Shown: positions 12,401-26,419, counted from the first letter of the whole stretch. The stretch: DNA of 62,651 nt, filler included, from Nemertoderma westbladi (GCA_032718475.1; 4 parts of 4 records of this genome joined end to end with filler, not necessarily neighbours in it), one strand, 5' to 3'. Numbers and translations: made by a program. Notes: generated by a model not told the origin, from the letters alone.

Positions 12401-15250
12401 GAATGGTTGTTAGAGCTGGGGAAGGTGGAGTGGTTGCTGTAACTGGGGAAGGTGGAACGGTTGTTGGAACTGGGGAAGGTGGAGATGTGGTTGGAACTGG
12501 GGAAGGTGGATATGTGGTTGGAACTGGGAATGGTGGAGTGGTTGTTGGAACTGGGGAAGGTGGAGTGGTTGTTGGAACTGGGGAAGGTGGAATGGTTGTT
12601 GGGACTGGAGAAGGTGGAGTGGTTGTTGGAACTGAGGAAGGTGGACTGGTTGTTGGAACTGGGGAAGGTGGAGTGGTTGTTGGAACTGGGGAAGGTGGAA
12701 TGGTTGTTGGGACTGGAGAAGGTGGAGTGGTTGTTGGAACTGAGGAAGGTGGACTGGTTGCTGGAACTGGGGAAGGTGGAATGGTTGCTGGAACTGGGAA
12801 AGGTGGAATGGTTGCTGGAACTGGGGAAGGTGGAATGGTTGTTGGAACTGGGGAAGATGGAGTGGTTGTTGGAACTGGGGAAGGTGGAATGGTTGCTGGA
12901 ACTGGGGAAGGTAGAATGGTTGTTGGAACTAGGGAAGGTGGAATGGTTGCTGGAACTGGGGAAGGTGGAATGGTTGTTGGAACTGGGGAAGGTGGAATGG
13001 TTGCTGGGACTGGAGAAGGTGGAATGGTTGTTGGAACTGGTGAAGGTGGAATGGTTGCTGGAACTGGGGAAGGTGGAACGGTTGTTGGAACTGGGAAGGT
13101 AGAATGGTTGTTGGAACTGGGGAAGGTGGAATGGTTGTTGGAACTGGGGAAGGTGGAAAGGTTGTTGGAACTGGGGAAGGTGGAATGGTTGTTGGGACTG
13201 GAGAAGGTGGTATGGTTGTTGGAACTGGGGAAGGTGGAGTGGTTGTTGGAACTGGGGAAGGTGGAACGGTTGTTTGAATTGGAGAAGGTGGAATGGTTGT
13301 TGGAACTGGGGAAGGTTGAATGTTGTTGGAACTGGGAAAGGTGGTATGGTTGTTGGAACTGGGGAAGGTGGAGTGGTTGTTGGAACTGGGGAAGGTGGAA
13401 CGGTTGTTTGAACTGGAGAAGGTGGAATTGTTGTTGGAACTGGGGAAGGTGGAATGGTTGTAGGAACTGGGGAAGGTGGAATGGTTGTTGGAACTGGGGA
13501 AGGTGGAATGGCTGTTGGGACTGGAGAAGGTGGAATGGTTGTTGGAACTGTGGAAGGTGGAGGGGTTGTTGGAACTGGGGAAGGTAGAACGGTTGTTGGA
13601 ACTGGAGAAGGTGGAATGGTTGTTGGGACTGGAGAAGGTGGAATGGTTGTTGGAACTGGGGAAGGTGGAATGGTTGTTGGAACTGGGGAAGGTGGAATGG
13701 TTGTTGAGACTGGAGAAGGTGGAATGGTTGTTGGAACTGGGGAAGATGGAATGGTTGTTGGAACTGGGTAAGGTGGAATGGTCGTTGGGACTGGAGAAGG
13801 TGGAATGGTTGTTGGAACTGGGGAATGTGGAATGGTTTTTGGAACTGGGGAAGGTGGAATGGTTGTTGGGACTGGAGAAGGTGGAATGGTTGTTGGAACT
13901 GGGGAAGGTGGAGTGGTTGTTGGAACTGAAGGTGGAATGGTTGTTGGGACTGGAGAAGGTGGAATGGTTTTTGGAACTGGGGAAGGTGGAATGGTTGTTG
14001 GGACTGGAGAAGGTGGAATGGTTGTTGGAACTGGGGAAGGTGGAGTGGTTGATGGAACTGGGGAAGGTGGAACGGTTGTTGGAACTGGAGAAGGTGGAAT
14101 GGTTGTTGGAACTGGGGAAGGTGGAATGGTTGTTGGAACTGGGGAAGGTGGAATGGTTGTTGGAACTGGGGAAGGTGGAATGGTTGTTGGAACTGGGGAA
14201 GGTGGAATGGTTGCTGGAACTGGGGAAGGTGGAGCGGTTGTTGGAATTGGGGAAGGTGGAGATGTGCTTGGAACTGGGGAAGGTGGAGATGTGGTTGAAA
14301 CTGGGGAAGGTGGAATGGTTGTTGGAACTGGGGAAGGTGGAATGGTTGCTGTAACTGGGGAAGGTGGAACGGTTGTTGGAACTGGGGAAGGTGGAGATGT
14401 GGTTGGAACTGGGGAAGGTGGATATGTGGTTGGAACTGGGGATGGTGGAGTGGTTGTTGGAACTGGGGAACGTGGAGTGGTTGTTGGAACTGGGGAAGGT
14501 GGAATGGTTGTTGGGACTGGAGAAGGTGGAGTGGTTGTTGGAACTGAGGAAGGTGGACTGGTTGCTGGAACTGGGGAAGGTGGAATGGTTGCTGGAACTG
14601 GGAAAGGTGGAATGGTTGCTGGAACTGGGGAAGGTGGAATGGTTGTTGGAACTGGGGAAGGTGGAGTGGTTGTTGGAACTGGGGAAGGTGGAGATGTGGT
14701 TGGATCTGGGGAAGGAGGAGATGTGGTTGGAACTGGGGAAGGTGGAGATGTGGTTGGAACTGGGGAAGGTGGAGATGTAGTTGGAACTGGGGAAGGTGGA
14801 ATGGTTGTTGGGACTGGGGAAGGTGGAGTGGTTGTTGGAACTGGGGAAGGTGGAATGGTTGTTGGAACTGGGGAAGGTGGAGTGGTTGTTGGAACTGGGG
14901 AAGGTGGAACGGTTGTTGGAACTGGGGATGGTGGAGATGTGGTTGGAACTGGGGAAGGTGGAGATGTGGTTGGAACTGGGGAAGGTGGAGATGTAGTTGG
15001 AACTGGGGATGGTGGAGATGTGGTTGGAACTGGGGATGGTGGAGATGTAGTTGGAACTGGGGATGGTGGAGATGTGGTTGGAACTGGGGGAGGTGGAGAT
15101 GTGGTTGGAACTGGGGGAGGTGGAGATGTGGTTGGAACTGGGGATGGTGGAGATGTGGTTGGAACTGGGGAAGGTGGAGATGTAGTTGGAACTGGAGATG
15201 TGGTTGGAACTGGGGAAGGTGGAGATGTGATTGGAACTGGGGGTGGTGGT
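6496..15250. repeat. 27-bp G-rich minisatellite, ~324 units (consensus GGAACTGGGGAAGGTGGAATGGTTGTT); minus strand reads (TTIPPSPVP)n
   Basis: The periodicity is directly visible, and all + strand ORFs here are 9-aa repeats. Higher-order duplications exist, e.g. a 1188-bp offset between 9901 and 11089. Confidence 0.97.
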
Positions 15251-16164
15251 TAAATAAATGCCTTTACTTTTTGTATTTTATTGGGAAGGAATTAATTTTA
15301 GTCACCTAATCATTCATCATTTTGACTTCTTGATGACATGGCAATACACCCCAACTCCAGCAAACTCTAAACTAATAATACGTGATATAAAATGCTCTAC
15401 AAAACATGCTGGCAGAACAAAAAATCACTGTTTATACTAGTTTCTTTGAAACCAGAACCATTGGTTAAACACCCTATCTCCAACAAATCAGCTTACATTG
15501 AATGGCAAAACAGCCTATAATTTTATTTCATCACATTAATCCCTTTTCGTCATCTCTCACCATCTATTCTATTAAAAAATCTAAGTTAGCCTGTAAAGTT
15601 CCCTTAGGACCAATTATCAGCGATTTCTCACAATGTCTTCAATGTTGAATTAGGGGAAACGCGTTTAGGTTAATATCTCAAAATGTGTTTTTTTAGGATA
15701 GGGTGTATTGCCAAACAACGGCAGAACAGCTACTTACATAACTCTATAAAGTAATAACTCTAAGTATAACTCTAAAAAAAATAATGGTAATATTGATATG
15801 TTAGACAAACAATTGTAGTGGAGAGGCTTGCCGAAAAAAATATGACAAAGGTGTCAAAAGTTCTTTAGAGTAACTAAGGGTATAAAGATGGCAAAAATAC
15901 CATGTTCCTAAAAATATCTGTAAATAAACATATATTTAATGTAGGAAATTGTGAAGATATTGGCACAATAAAATCCAAATAAAAGGCCTCTGCCTTCCTA
16001 ACGGAGAATAGGAATCGAAATAGTGACGTTCTGGAATTATTTAATTATTCTGCAATAAACTGTTATTCATTGGGAAAGTGACGTTAACGTTGTAGTAAGT
16101 TATGTGTCCATTACTCTGACGTAATCATATTTATAAATGTTTAAGACCCAAAGTGACCTGCTTA

Positions 16165-16918
16165 CACCATGCCCCGAAATTTGTAACAGATAGTTTTACA
16201 ACCCTCCTTCTGCCTGGGTGAGCCAGATATATTTTCGCTTCCAATCTTAAGCTACAAGCTTATAAAAAGGGTGTCTCCATCGATATTGCTCCAGCTACAC
16301 GCCAGTTATTCACCAACATACAGTTATTATTTTGTACTGATGAAAAGCTGGCTGTGCAAGGATTCCAAATATATAACACAATATGAATTTCGTTGAAAAA
16401 TAGCCGATATATGGGCATTGGAAAGTTCCATGGTTTTTCATCTGCGCAAAGGTATTTATTATATTCGATTAAATAAATTCACCATATTCTGGAACATTTG
16501 ACTAGCCATGTAAGTATTATTATAGAGGTAATGCATAGTTGCCCAGCTTACTTATGAGATAAATAAAATGTTGCAGAACATGAGGCAGATATTAAATAGA
16601 ATAAATTGATTGCAGCAGAAGCAAAAATATATGTACAATATTTGATTGCCCATATCTCAGCTATTTTCCAACCAAATTCAAATATTTATACATATTTGGA
16701 ATCCTTGCACGGCCAGCTTTCCATCAGTACAAACAAACCACTATATGGTTGAAGAAAACTGCGGTGTAATTGGTTCAATATCAACGGTGACACCCTTTTC
16801 TAACTGAATAACCCATTAAGGAGGAGGGAGGTGAAACTATCTTTGTTTCAATATTATAAAAATATTTGGGGTTGGGGCCATGTCAATGAATTACGACAAT
16901 ATATTGCTGGGCATAGTG
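16165..16918. mobile_element. Palindromic non-autonomous DNA transposon (Tc1/mariner-like MITE, TA target)
   Basis: TA|CACCATGCCCCGAAAT ... ATATTGCTGGGCATAGTG|TA, with long internal inverted arms. Further fragments at ~16960-17285 and ~37180-37393. Confidence 0.7.
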
Positions 16919-17873
16919 TAATTATGTTTGACTTATTGCTACAAACAAGCCTCCATTCATAGCTGAGATATGGGCGTACGAAAGTTGCATGGTTATGCAT
17001 CTGCGCAAGTCTAATTTACTCTATTAAATAAATACACACCATATATTGGAACATTTGAATAGCCATGTAATGGTATCATTCAAGAAGTATTGCATAGTTG
17101 CCCAGCTAGTTATGAGATAAATAAAATGTTCCACAACATGGTGCAGTTATAGAATAAATTGATTGCAGCAAAAGCAAATACATGCGAAACTCGAACGCCC
17201 ATATCTCAGCTAATTCCCAATCAAATTGAAATATTTTTACATATTTGAATCCTTGCACGACCAGTACATTCCGGGGCGTAGTGTAATTATATTTTACGTA
17301 TATTGCGGTCAACAGGGCTTTATTCAGTGTCTCAATTTAGAACGATTTACACAAATTCTTTCTTGGGTTATTCCTTCCTAATGAATATAATCGTCAAGCT
17401 CAAAGCCGTTTTTAAAGCCACTAATTTTTGCACCTTCGTGCAGCCCATGAATAACTGAAGTAAACTGGTTTATACAGTTTGGCACAATAGTAATTGGTTT
17501 TTGTGGTACAAGGTATATGCCACACAAAGATACACGTCATACTGTGTAACAAACAACTATCAATTCGTTGTTCCGGTGATTTCGACATAATCCAGATCTC
17601 AACCCCGCATAAATTTACACTTTCCATTGTTCATGGAAATAACTTTGTATTCGAGTACCGGGAGAATTCAGAATTCATGGAATCCATTTTTGAGAACATT
17701 TTTTCGAAAACAGTAAGAGTTATGATTTCGATTTGGGTATATAACATTAACAAAATGCCAATTTATAACCTCTTTATGTAAGTTAGCAATGTGGGGTTAA
17801 TATGGTTGAATCAAAATTTCATATATCGGTTAATTATATAAAATGAATAGTTATTTAAAGTTAATTAACTCAC

Positions 17874-17985
17874 AAACAACTGTAACAGCGCTGGTCCCGT
17901 TAGAGCTCCACAGCAACAGATCCGTCACAAGAACCGGAAGAGAACAACGTAGAAGATCGCGTCGTAGTTCCTCCGTTGGTTGCAG
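17874..17985 (-). other. Candidate internal exon of an unknown gene
   Basis: GC-richer island bounded on the minus strand by cattgcag| and |gtgagt. One open frame (LQPTEELRRDLLRCSLPVLVTDLLLWSSNGTSAVTVV). No homology recognised. Confidence 0.3.
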
Positions 17986-19431
17986 CTGCAATGTACAAAT
18001 ATAAACAAATTACTCATCCGTAACACAAATAATCAATGCCTACAGTTACATGGGTATGTCACTATATTTGATTTGGTTTATTACCCCAGAATCCATTATA
18101 ATAAATGTTGCTCTAAAAGTTACCTAAAAGGGAAACTAGTTCATTAAAAATGTATTATATTTGATAGATAAAAAATTGGCTGATATTCTCAAATAATGCA
18201 TAAATTAATTTAATAAAAAGGACATCGCATAATTATAAAGGTCGCCAAGTCTGCAATAAGGAAATATATTTTAAGACAAAACAGGACGAGCGTAACGATT
18301 ATTTGTTATAATGAAAAAGAATATCGCGTTCACTATATATTCCTATACAATAAACCACCTGGAGTCACCTATTAAACGCATCCCCAAGTATAAATATCGC
18401 CAGTCTGTGTGTTAAGCAATTTGACTAAACTCAGCAGTAACTGGCAGTTTTGATGTTTTTCGTAGTTAAGTCCTAATGCTGCTGCTGCAAGACATAATGA
18501 CCATAGGACCTAAAGACACGTTTTAGATAACCGATCGTGCTAGGTAAGCAAAATGATAGACAGGCATTGACCAACTACCGGATATTGAACAATTCTATTG
18601 TGTTCCACTAGATGGTGCTACATATTTATAGCATGGTCTAAGAAACGACTTTTTCAATTAATTAATTAATAAACAGCACAGTTATGGGCGTTGAGCAATG
18701 TTTGCTACTACTTCCGTGTGAGGTACATGTCGCGGGTTTTGTACTTGTAGGGGGGGGGGGGGGGGGGGGGGGGGGTTCGACTCATGCTGCCCTCACAGCT
18801 TCTAGTATTACGGAATCCGAATATCAGAGCGTCTCATGAACCCACGATAGTGACCAGTTATTTTACAAATAAATAAAAGTCAATAATCGTAGCTGATTGG
18901 CTAATATGAAATGTTATACGTTTATTGCAACAACTAAAATAAAGAAAGTAATTAACATTGTAAATATTTATTTAAAACTGTTGTTTGTGTAGTGGTATTA
19001 TTTGGCAATGGTACATGCTATATGCAACAAAATGGGACCAGTAAATATGAATGGTGCTTAAGACTCAATGTTACAAAACACATGCTACACAAAGGTACTA
19101 TAATTATACAATGCCACAATGGTAAATGATTCACAAAGGTACGGGGTGCACAGTAGTACAAGCTACACAATGATTGGTGATAGTGATTGGCTTGTACTAA
19201 TGTGTACTGCCGGCGGACCCAGTAACATCGCACAGTTATAAAGTCGGTTTCCTTAAAAGCAGGTCTTTAATAAATGTCATTGGTTGTCTTTCACTTATAT
19301 TCTCACAAGCAGACTTCCACAGCAAAAGGTTCTGTACAGGTGGATTTTGCCTGCGAAAAAGTGCGAGCAATCTCCATCCTGTATCTCTGCAGGGTGATGC
19401 TGTGTCTTGGCAATACGATTTCGCCATAATA

Positions 19432-20100
19432 ACTACTACTACTAGTATCGGCATGCTGCATTGCAGCTGCATTTTTAAGAATGCTGTGCCGGCTTGTCGA
19501 CAAAATTGCGCCGCCACAACTCCCTATCACCCATGACATTTGCTAGATTGCTTACTGGATCATCTGCATCTTCAAAGCCAGTGTCCTTTAAGATGCGTCT
19601 CAAGAAAGTCATGGGCTGTCCACCATGCTTATTCACTCCATGAGGCTGCCAAAGTACAAGATTATGCACTGGCTGGTCCTAACGACGAAAGCAATGTCCT
19701 GCAAAGCGGAGGCGATTTTGTTCTAGTGTCAAGCTTGGGGGAACCAATGAGACACCTCCAATGTTATATAGTGTCTGGTTGGAGATGTGTGCATTGTACT
19801 TGACACAATGAACCCGGCGTAGCATTCTTGTGAATGTGCCATCCAGAGATTTGGTGTCCTCAGCAGTTAGGGCCCAGCATGGACTACCATAGAGGAGTAC
19901 TGGTACTACAGCTGCTCTTAATAATCGGGCCTTAAGTTTCCGATTAATTATCGGTGACTTCCAAATCCTTGAAAGCCTATTCAAGGCTGCCCATGCCTTT
20001 CCCTTACGTATTCGAAGATCCTCACCTGACTTCCGGATCCATGCTCACAGGTAACAGAAGTCGTCAACATGCTCAAGCATACCATCCTTTGAGCTTATGC
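19432..20100 (-). mobile_element. 5'-truncated RTE-clade LINE fragment
   Basis: Encodes the RT C-terminal region (KAWAALNRLSRIWKS...VLLYGSPCWALT...RLRFAGHCFRR) with stops/frameshifts. (TAG)n 3' tail at 19432-19445. Confidence 0.88.
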
Positions 20101-20946
20101 TCATCCGATTAGAGACTTGCTGAGAAGTTTCAAAATTAACTGTCAAAATTTTGGTCATAATAACACCCCATTGCTTATCTGTAGCACTGCGCATCATAGG
20201 CAGAGTTGTGCAACCTGCGCTGCATCCTGGTACACAATGGAACTCAGTGTTAAATTACTAGCTTTTTATGAGTTATTCGCATATAGTCCGCTGATATAAT
20301 TGTCATGCCTAATAACAATTTTGCATTGATAAAATAACATGCCAAACAGCCATAGCTGCAGTGGTTAAGATTTTCAATAGGAAAGACTGAAAAGATTATA
20401 TTGCTTCATGCATAACCCTTCAGTAACTAACACATAATCATTTATAAATTAATATAACTGATAAACCAAGTACAACAGTTTATTAATTCTCTTTCTCCTG
20501 ACTTTTACGTCCTATATTAAATACGGAAATATTCTGAATTCGGTGCATTAAGACTACTGTACTATATATTTATATGCTACAATCTACATACTAGTTGCAT
20601 ACATGGTAATATAGGCTGATTTCATAAACCAAGTTCTTATTAATTTCAGTCTCATAAAATAATATAATGAATTCTTCATTGTTATACAGCATTTACATTA
20701 CTGCATCAATTTACATGAATTTATATGACTTACCATAATATTACTAAGTAGTTAACGTAGGTTACTAAAGTACTATAAGCAATTAATTCTCCGAGAAACA
20801 AATGGCCGTCCATAGCATAGCCCCGTGACTAACAGACTAAATAAATCTAAATCGTACGTAAGTTGAAGACATTACGTATCCGACGTATGTAACTTAGCAT
20901 ATTGATGGTGTTCTAATTTCTTAGGATTTAGCAAAATAAATATATA

Positions 20947-21947
20947 GGTATAACTTTTCGCCGTATCCGTATGTATTTGCCGTATCCGTATGCACATACG
21001 CGTATGTGCGTATGTAATGGATTCCTATGGAGAATAATCCGTATGTGATTTTAAAGATTAGGCATTGCGGACCAGTAAGAAGTGCACAGCACACATGCAG
21101 ACTGAAGACAGGTAGGCCTACTTAAAAGCGATAGTGATTTAAAGAGTGCGGCTGCCGCTACCTAATGGCAAATAAACATTGTAGGTCCAGCATGAGTGAC
21201 AGATGATGTCCTTCAGCCCCGGGATGCGCCACAGCGCTTGTTTTATTGTACTAACTGACACTGGCCGCCCGGTTGGACTTAGATTAATTAATTACTGGCA
21301 CCCGGTTGCACTCGCTGACACGTGGTTTGACTAACTGGCACTAGGTTGGTCTTGTTGGCACTTGGTTGCATATGGTTAACTAAATACTGGCCCCGAAACG
21401 GCGAAAGTAAATGTATATTATATGTTAATAAATTCACAAAGAAGGACAGACTGGCACGACGGTTTTCAATATCTGTGCGAATGTTTATTCCCTTCGCATT
21501 CTCATTGCTGCTTCTATCAGTCTATACTATGTTAGTGCCATATACTGTAGCAACCAACAACATTCTATAGACACAAGACAGGTTGGTGGAAAAACAGTTC
21601 AAAAATAAATCACAGTTGGTTAGTTTCCCAAGCGGCGTCAAGAAGAGTTAACTGGTTAATAGGTACTGCACTGCTGGCGCATCCCGGGGCTGGCGGACAC
21701 CGGCTGTCACTCATCCTAGACCTGTCCTGCATTGTTTATTTGACAAAAGCCTATTTGACATAGCCTACTCTTTAAATCACTTAGCTTTAAGTAGGCTTAC
21801 CTGTCTTCAGTCTGCATGTGTGCTGTGCATTTCTTACTGGTATGCAATGCCTTCTTATTATTCTCCATAGGAATCCATTACATACGCATATGCATATACG
21901 GATACGGCAAAAGCATACGGATACGGATACGGCGAAAAGTTATACCC
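20947..21947. mobile_element. MITE with long (~300 bp) inverted arms, PIF/Harbinger-like termini
   Basis: GGTATAACTTTTCGCCGTATCCGTA...ATGGATTCCTATGGAGAATAA is mirrored at 21857-21947. The inner arms (gtaagaagtgcacagcacacatgcagactgaagacagg) are mirrored at ~21799-21838. Confidence 0.8.
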
Positions 21948-22667
21948 GAAATATATTTCTAAAATAAGTTTTAAAATAATTTTGCGAATTTGGGTACGTG
22001 CCGTATAGTCGAGTCAATCTAGCAAAATACCCATAAGAAATTCGGAATCAATCCGAACCACATTATATATTACCTAGTTAATGACAAAAAAAGTCTATAA
22101 ATTTTATTTTGCAGATCATTATGTTTATTCATGTAAATTCTGCGTAAATTTGCATAACACAAGCAAAATAAAATGTAGGGAAGAGAAAGTGGCAAATTGG
22201 TGATGTTCCAGAATAATTTAATTAATTTCACAATAAGCTGTGATTCAATGCTGCAATGTGAAATTAGTAATCTTTCCACTGGCGTGTTACACATTAATTG
22301 CTATATTTCCGATATATTAAGGTAACCGTTGTAAAATAATTATATAATTCCACTACTGCAAGGAAATGTAATAATTTCCAATAATGTTAGTGAAGATTTT
22401 TCACATATTAAACTTAGGATTGCTGTAGGCCTATTGAATTTAGGTGTAATTAATTTATTTGTTTTAGTTTAAAAATCACAATAAAAATGGCTGGATTTTT
22501 TTGGGAATAAGGGTATTTTAGATCGACAAATCTAATGGACTGGGTTACGTAACCCCGTTCTGTAGAGAAGTAAGCTTCCCATTTCGTACCAGCCAAAATG
22601 GTAGTAAAAATGAAGAAATAGTTATACAAATTTCCGTTGCTCCGGAAACTAAATTGGTAACTAATAA

Positions 22668-22925
22668 ATGGGAGAATATTTTAGGCTCGTTAAGCCAAAG
22701 AATGCCTGTTCACCACCATGGGTGATCTTCCACAGGAAACCCTTCCACTCTGTTTCCCAAGTTGCCTTGGTTCCCATTTATCGACCACTGAAGGATGAAA
22801 GCCGGGGTTGGGCTAGGCTGCAGCATTTAAAGCACTGTGCCCAAACAGTGCTACCCCATCTAGGGATCGAACCCTGGCTCCCTAATCGGAAGCACAGTAA
22901 TGTCACCACTAGACCAAGCTGCTGC
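22668..22925 (-). mobile_element. tRNA-derived SINE with Deu/Nin-like core
   Basis: Minus strand has A box TGGTCTAGTGG, B box GGTTCGATCCC, then ctttcatccttcagtggtcgataaatgggaacc. Flanked by direct repeats ttggtaactaat (22654-22665; 22926-22937). Confidence 0.75.
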
Positions 22926-23316
22926 TTGGTAACTAATTGATTGGTAAAATTGGTAACTAATAATAAGTGAATTGTTGTGAGGCGAGTGACGCGGTGAATC
23001 AAATATACAATGTAAATAGGACAATATGATAGTGCTCTCCATAGCGAAAAATATTAAATAATAAATTAATAATAAAATAATAAATCAATAAATCGGTAAC
23101 TATGTAGCAGTGCATAGCACATAGTTCAGTCAATCGATAGTCATTGAGCTAAAGTTTGTCTACGCCAAGTTTGGAGAAAACCCCACCAATACAGCAATAA
23201 GTTACCTTGTTTCTATGTAAAATCCATATTGCGATCCATGAGGAAAGAAACAGTAAATTGAAGGTGATCCGCATAATATATTTTTATAGACTTTGTTGGG
23301 GTATTTATAAGGTAAT

Positions 23317-23416
23317 NNNNNNNNNNNNNNNNNNNNNNNNNNNNNNNNNNNNNNNNNNNNTTAATTAATTAANNNNNNNNNNNNNNNNNNNNNNNNNNNN
23401 NNNNNNNNNNNNNNNN
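23317..23416. other. Artificial contig spacer (N44-TTAATTAATTAA-N44)
   Basis: 100-bp linker carrying a stop-codon-rich palindrome; identical at three places. Confidence 0.98.
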
Positions 23417-23836
23417 CCTTTTACTTACACTTAGATTCAAAACAATTTACGTGATCATCAGTAAATGCGACTCAGGACGTACAAATAGGATATCAATGTC
23501 AGTGTCAGTGTAAGCATATTCTAAAGTGGTTGATTGATATATAATTAGCAATTAGGTATTTTAATTGTATTACTTATATATATATATATATATATATATA
23601 TAATGTACACAAAAAAGTTTCAAATTTAAATTTGCTTTTAATAAAAAGTTTATCTTTAAACTTGGAGTTTCCGTAATACACTGGACTGGTTATAAATTCA
23701 ATATTATAAAGCTAATACAAAATTCACTTAAGCCAAATGGCATTACTTACGGCACAACTTAATACGCTTTCCCTCGAACAATTTGTGATCTTACCCTATT
23801 TAACATTTAAATGAGGAGCTACATGTATAACAACTA

Positions 23837-23876
23837 CACCATGTACTGGAATATAGTGTCGTAATTCAGTGACACG

Positions 23877-23917
<41 letters not shown>

Positions 23918-24813
23918 CAAATTTTTCTACAAATCTTAATGATATTGCATGAAATTTGAAACAGAGATAGTTTCACCTCCCGACCACTACTGACTGGGAG
24001 AGCCAGAATTTTATTTTTGCTTTCAATCTTTAGCTACAAGCGTTTGAAAAAAGTGTCTCTTGCGATATTACACCTGTTACACCGCAGTAATTTTTCAATG
24101 TTAGAGTGATTTATAGGTACAGTTAGAAAGCTGGCCATACAATGACTCCAAATATATATCACAATGTGAATTTCGTCGTAAAATAGCTAAGATGTGAGTG
24201 TTCGAAAGTTGCATGGTTTTACACGTCTGCGCAAGGCTATTTTATTCTATTTTATAAATACACCATAATCTAGAACATTTTGTTTATGTATGAATAGCTA
24301 CAGAATAGTATGATTATAGAGTTATTGCATTGTTGCCCAGCTACGTAGGGGATAAACAAAATGTTCTAGAATAAATATGGTGTATTTATTAAATATAATA
24401 AATAACCTCGCGCAGGTGTAAAACCATGCAACTTTAGAACGCTCATATCAGCTGTTTTTATGACGAAATTCAGATTGTGATACTTGGAATCCTTGTATGG
24501 CCAGCTTTCTAACTGTACCTATAAATCACTATACTATATACCACTATATCTATATGTAAATATATCACTATAAATCACTATAGAAAAATAACTGCGGTGT
24601 AACTGGTGTAATATCGCTGGAGACACTTTTTTTAAACGCTTGTAGCTAAAGATTGAAAGCAAAAATAAAAATCCTGGAAGAGGAAGGTGAAACTAACTTT
24701 GTTTCAAATTTCATGCAATCTCATTAAGATTTGTAGAAAAATTCTACAATAGGGGGGGGGGGGGGGGGGGGGGCATGTACCTGAATAACGAGACTATATT
24801 CCTGGACATGGTA
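23837..24813. mobile_element. Palindromic ~1 kb Tc1/mariner-like MITE (same family as 16165-16918)
   Basis: TA|CACCATGTACTGGAATAT...ATATTCCTGGACATGGT. Poly-C at ~23877-23914 is mirrored by poly-G at ~24752-24773, and the arms are reverse complementary throughout. Confidence 0.8.
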
Positions 24814-26419
24814 CAACTATGTGTAGCAAGTATTATAGTCTTAATTGTTTTTTTCTATTGTTTTTTTGTTCTTTTATTTCTAATTGTTTTCTTCTTTTTT
24901 TTATATTGTTTGTTCAAACTGTAATTTTTTTAATAAGTATTGTTGGTGATGGTACTAGTAGATAGATACATCTTTTAGATGAATTTATTATGTGCCTCGT
25001 ATATGGCAGTCTGTAAACGTTTGATAACAAAATACTTTTAGAATTTCATATTTATTTACAGTTTAAATTCGTGTTTTTGGAATTTAAATTATAAAAATAC
25101 AAATTATTTAGTATTCACATTACTTGGAATAAATTCTAATGAATAATATTTCACATAAATTTGGAATTTAAGAATTCTGTGATATTTTAATCCATGCCTG
25201 ACTGAATACACCCTGAATACTCTGTGACACTTCAAAAAATATTTTTATTTATAAATTTATTTTCAATAGCGTAATTCGTTAGTCAATTAGTCTGACGACT
25301 TCTAGAGTAATTGTATCTGTCTTTGAAATTAATCATGTTGCCGATATATTTAATGCAGTGAGTGAATGTGTAGGTAGGTACTGTTGTAGTAATATGTCAA
25401 TATTAATTTTTATTTAATTATATTTGTATCTAAATAGTATTTGGTGCGTATATATTAATATGTTATGTGCAGCTATCATTTTTGTATCTACACTAACTAT
25501 ATCTTGCGGTACCTGTGGTGTCCATCTATAATTATTATCATATCAATTTAAAATGTTGAAACTTAAAATATATAATCAATATATTATTTAATATTAATAT
25601 ATTTACGTTTGAAATAAATGGTTATTAATTTTTTAATAACATGATTTTCGTAAATGCTCAGCGACTTTAAGTTCATTTATATTAAAACTTAACTAAATGA
25701 AAAATGTCCGTTAATCTAAAGTCTAGCTTCTTGTTACCAGTACCTGGTTGGTTAGGAAGGTAAAGCTGAGTGACGGAACCCACAAAAACAATTATTCTTC
25801 ATTAATTATCCTTTGCTTTGGTATCAATTTCCTTTGTCAAATGGAAACCCATAGGCTACAGTGCTTCCGAACCAACTGGTGTGTTAATTTTTAATTGGAA
25901 TGTTTAAATTTTTTGCAACTCTTATTAATCTTAAGGGACGGAATCAACCAGCGGCTGTGTAAGTATGGAGCTCTTAGTCAGTAATTATTATTCTAACTAA
26001 AACACCTGCTGAAAATAGGTTTTACCGGTAGCTGCATAATTACACCGAGGATTGTTGGTTTGTGGCTTCTGGTAGGTTCATGTCATTCTGGAGTCACTAC
26101 CAAAATCGATATTAGTTTAAGAAAAAAAACAATCATTATTCCCAACTTTGTGTGATTTCTTAATATACTGTAGTGGAAACTATATGGTAAGCGTTAAAAG
26201 TAGTAAGCAATATTAAGAATTTCACAGGGAAATTAGACCCCCCCCCCCCCCCCCCCCCTCCTAGAATAAGTCCACTGTGCAATTTTTTCTAGGAAATTTA
26301 GCCAGGGGGCAATTTTTTCCTTAGTAAATCATGCCCCCCCCCCCCCCCATCCTCAGGACAATTTGCCTCCCTCAAAAGACTGGAAACTGGTACGATACCG
26401 GTGTGGGGGGTGCGGTGTG

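Noticed and set aside
6476-15253. Plus-strand LLELGKVEW / GTGEGGMVV / CWNWGRW ORFs
   Set aside because: These are overlapping frames of one minisatellite with scattered stops. They are not LRR or collagen proteins.
23361-23372. Recurrent TTAATTAATTAA palindrome
   Set aside because: Synthetic linker inside N runs (also near 45975 and 59475). Gene neighbourhoods across it are not evidence of linkage.
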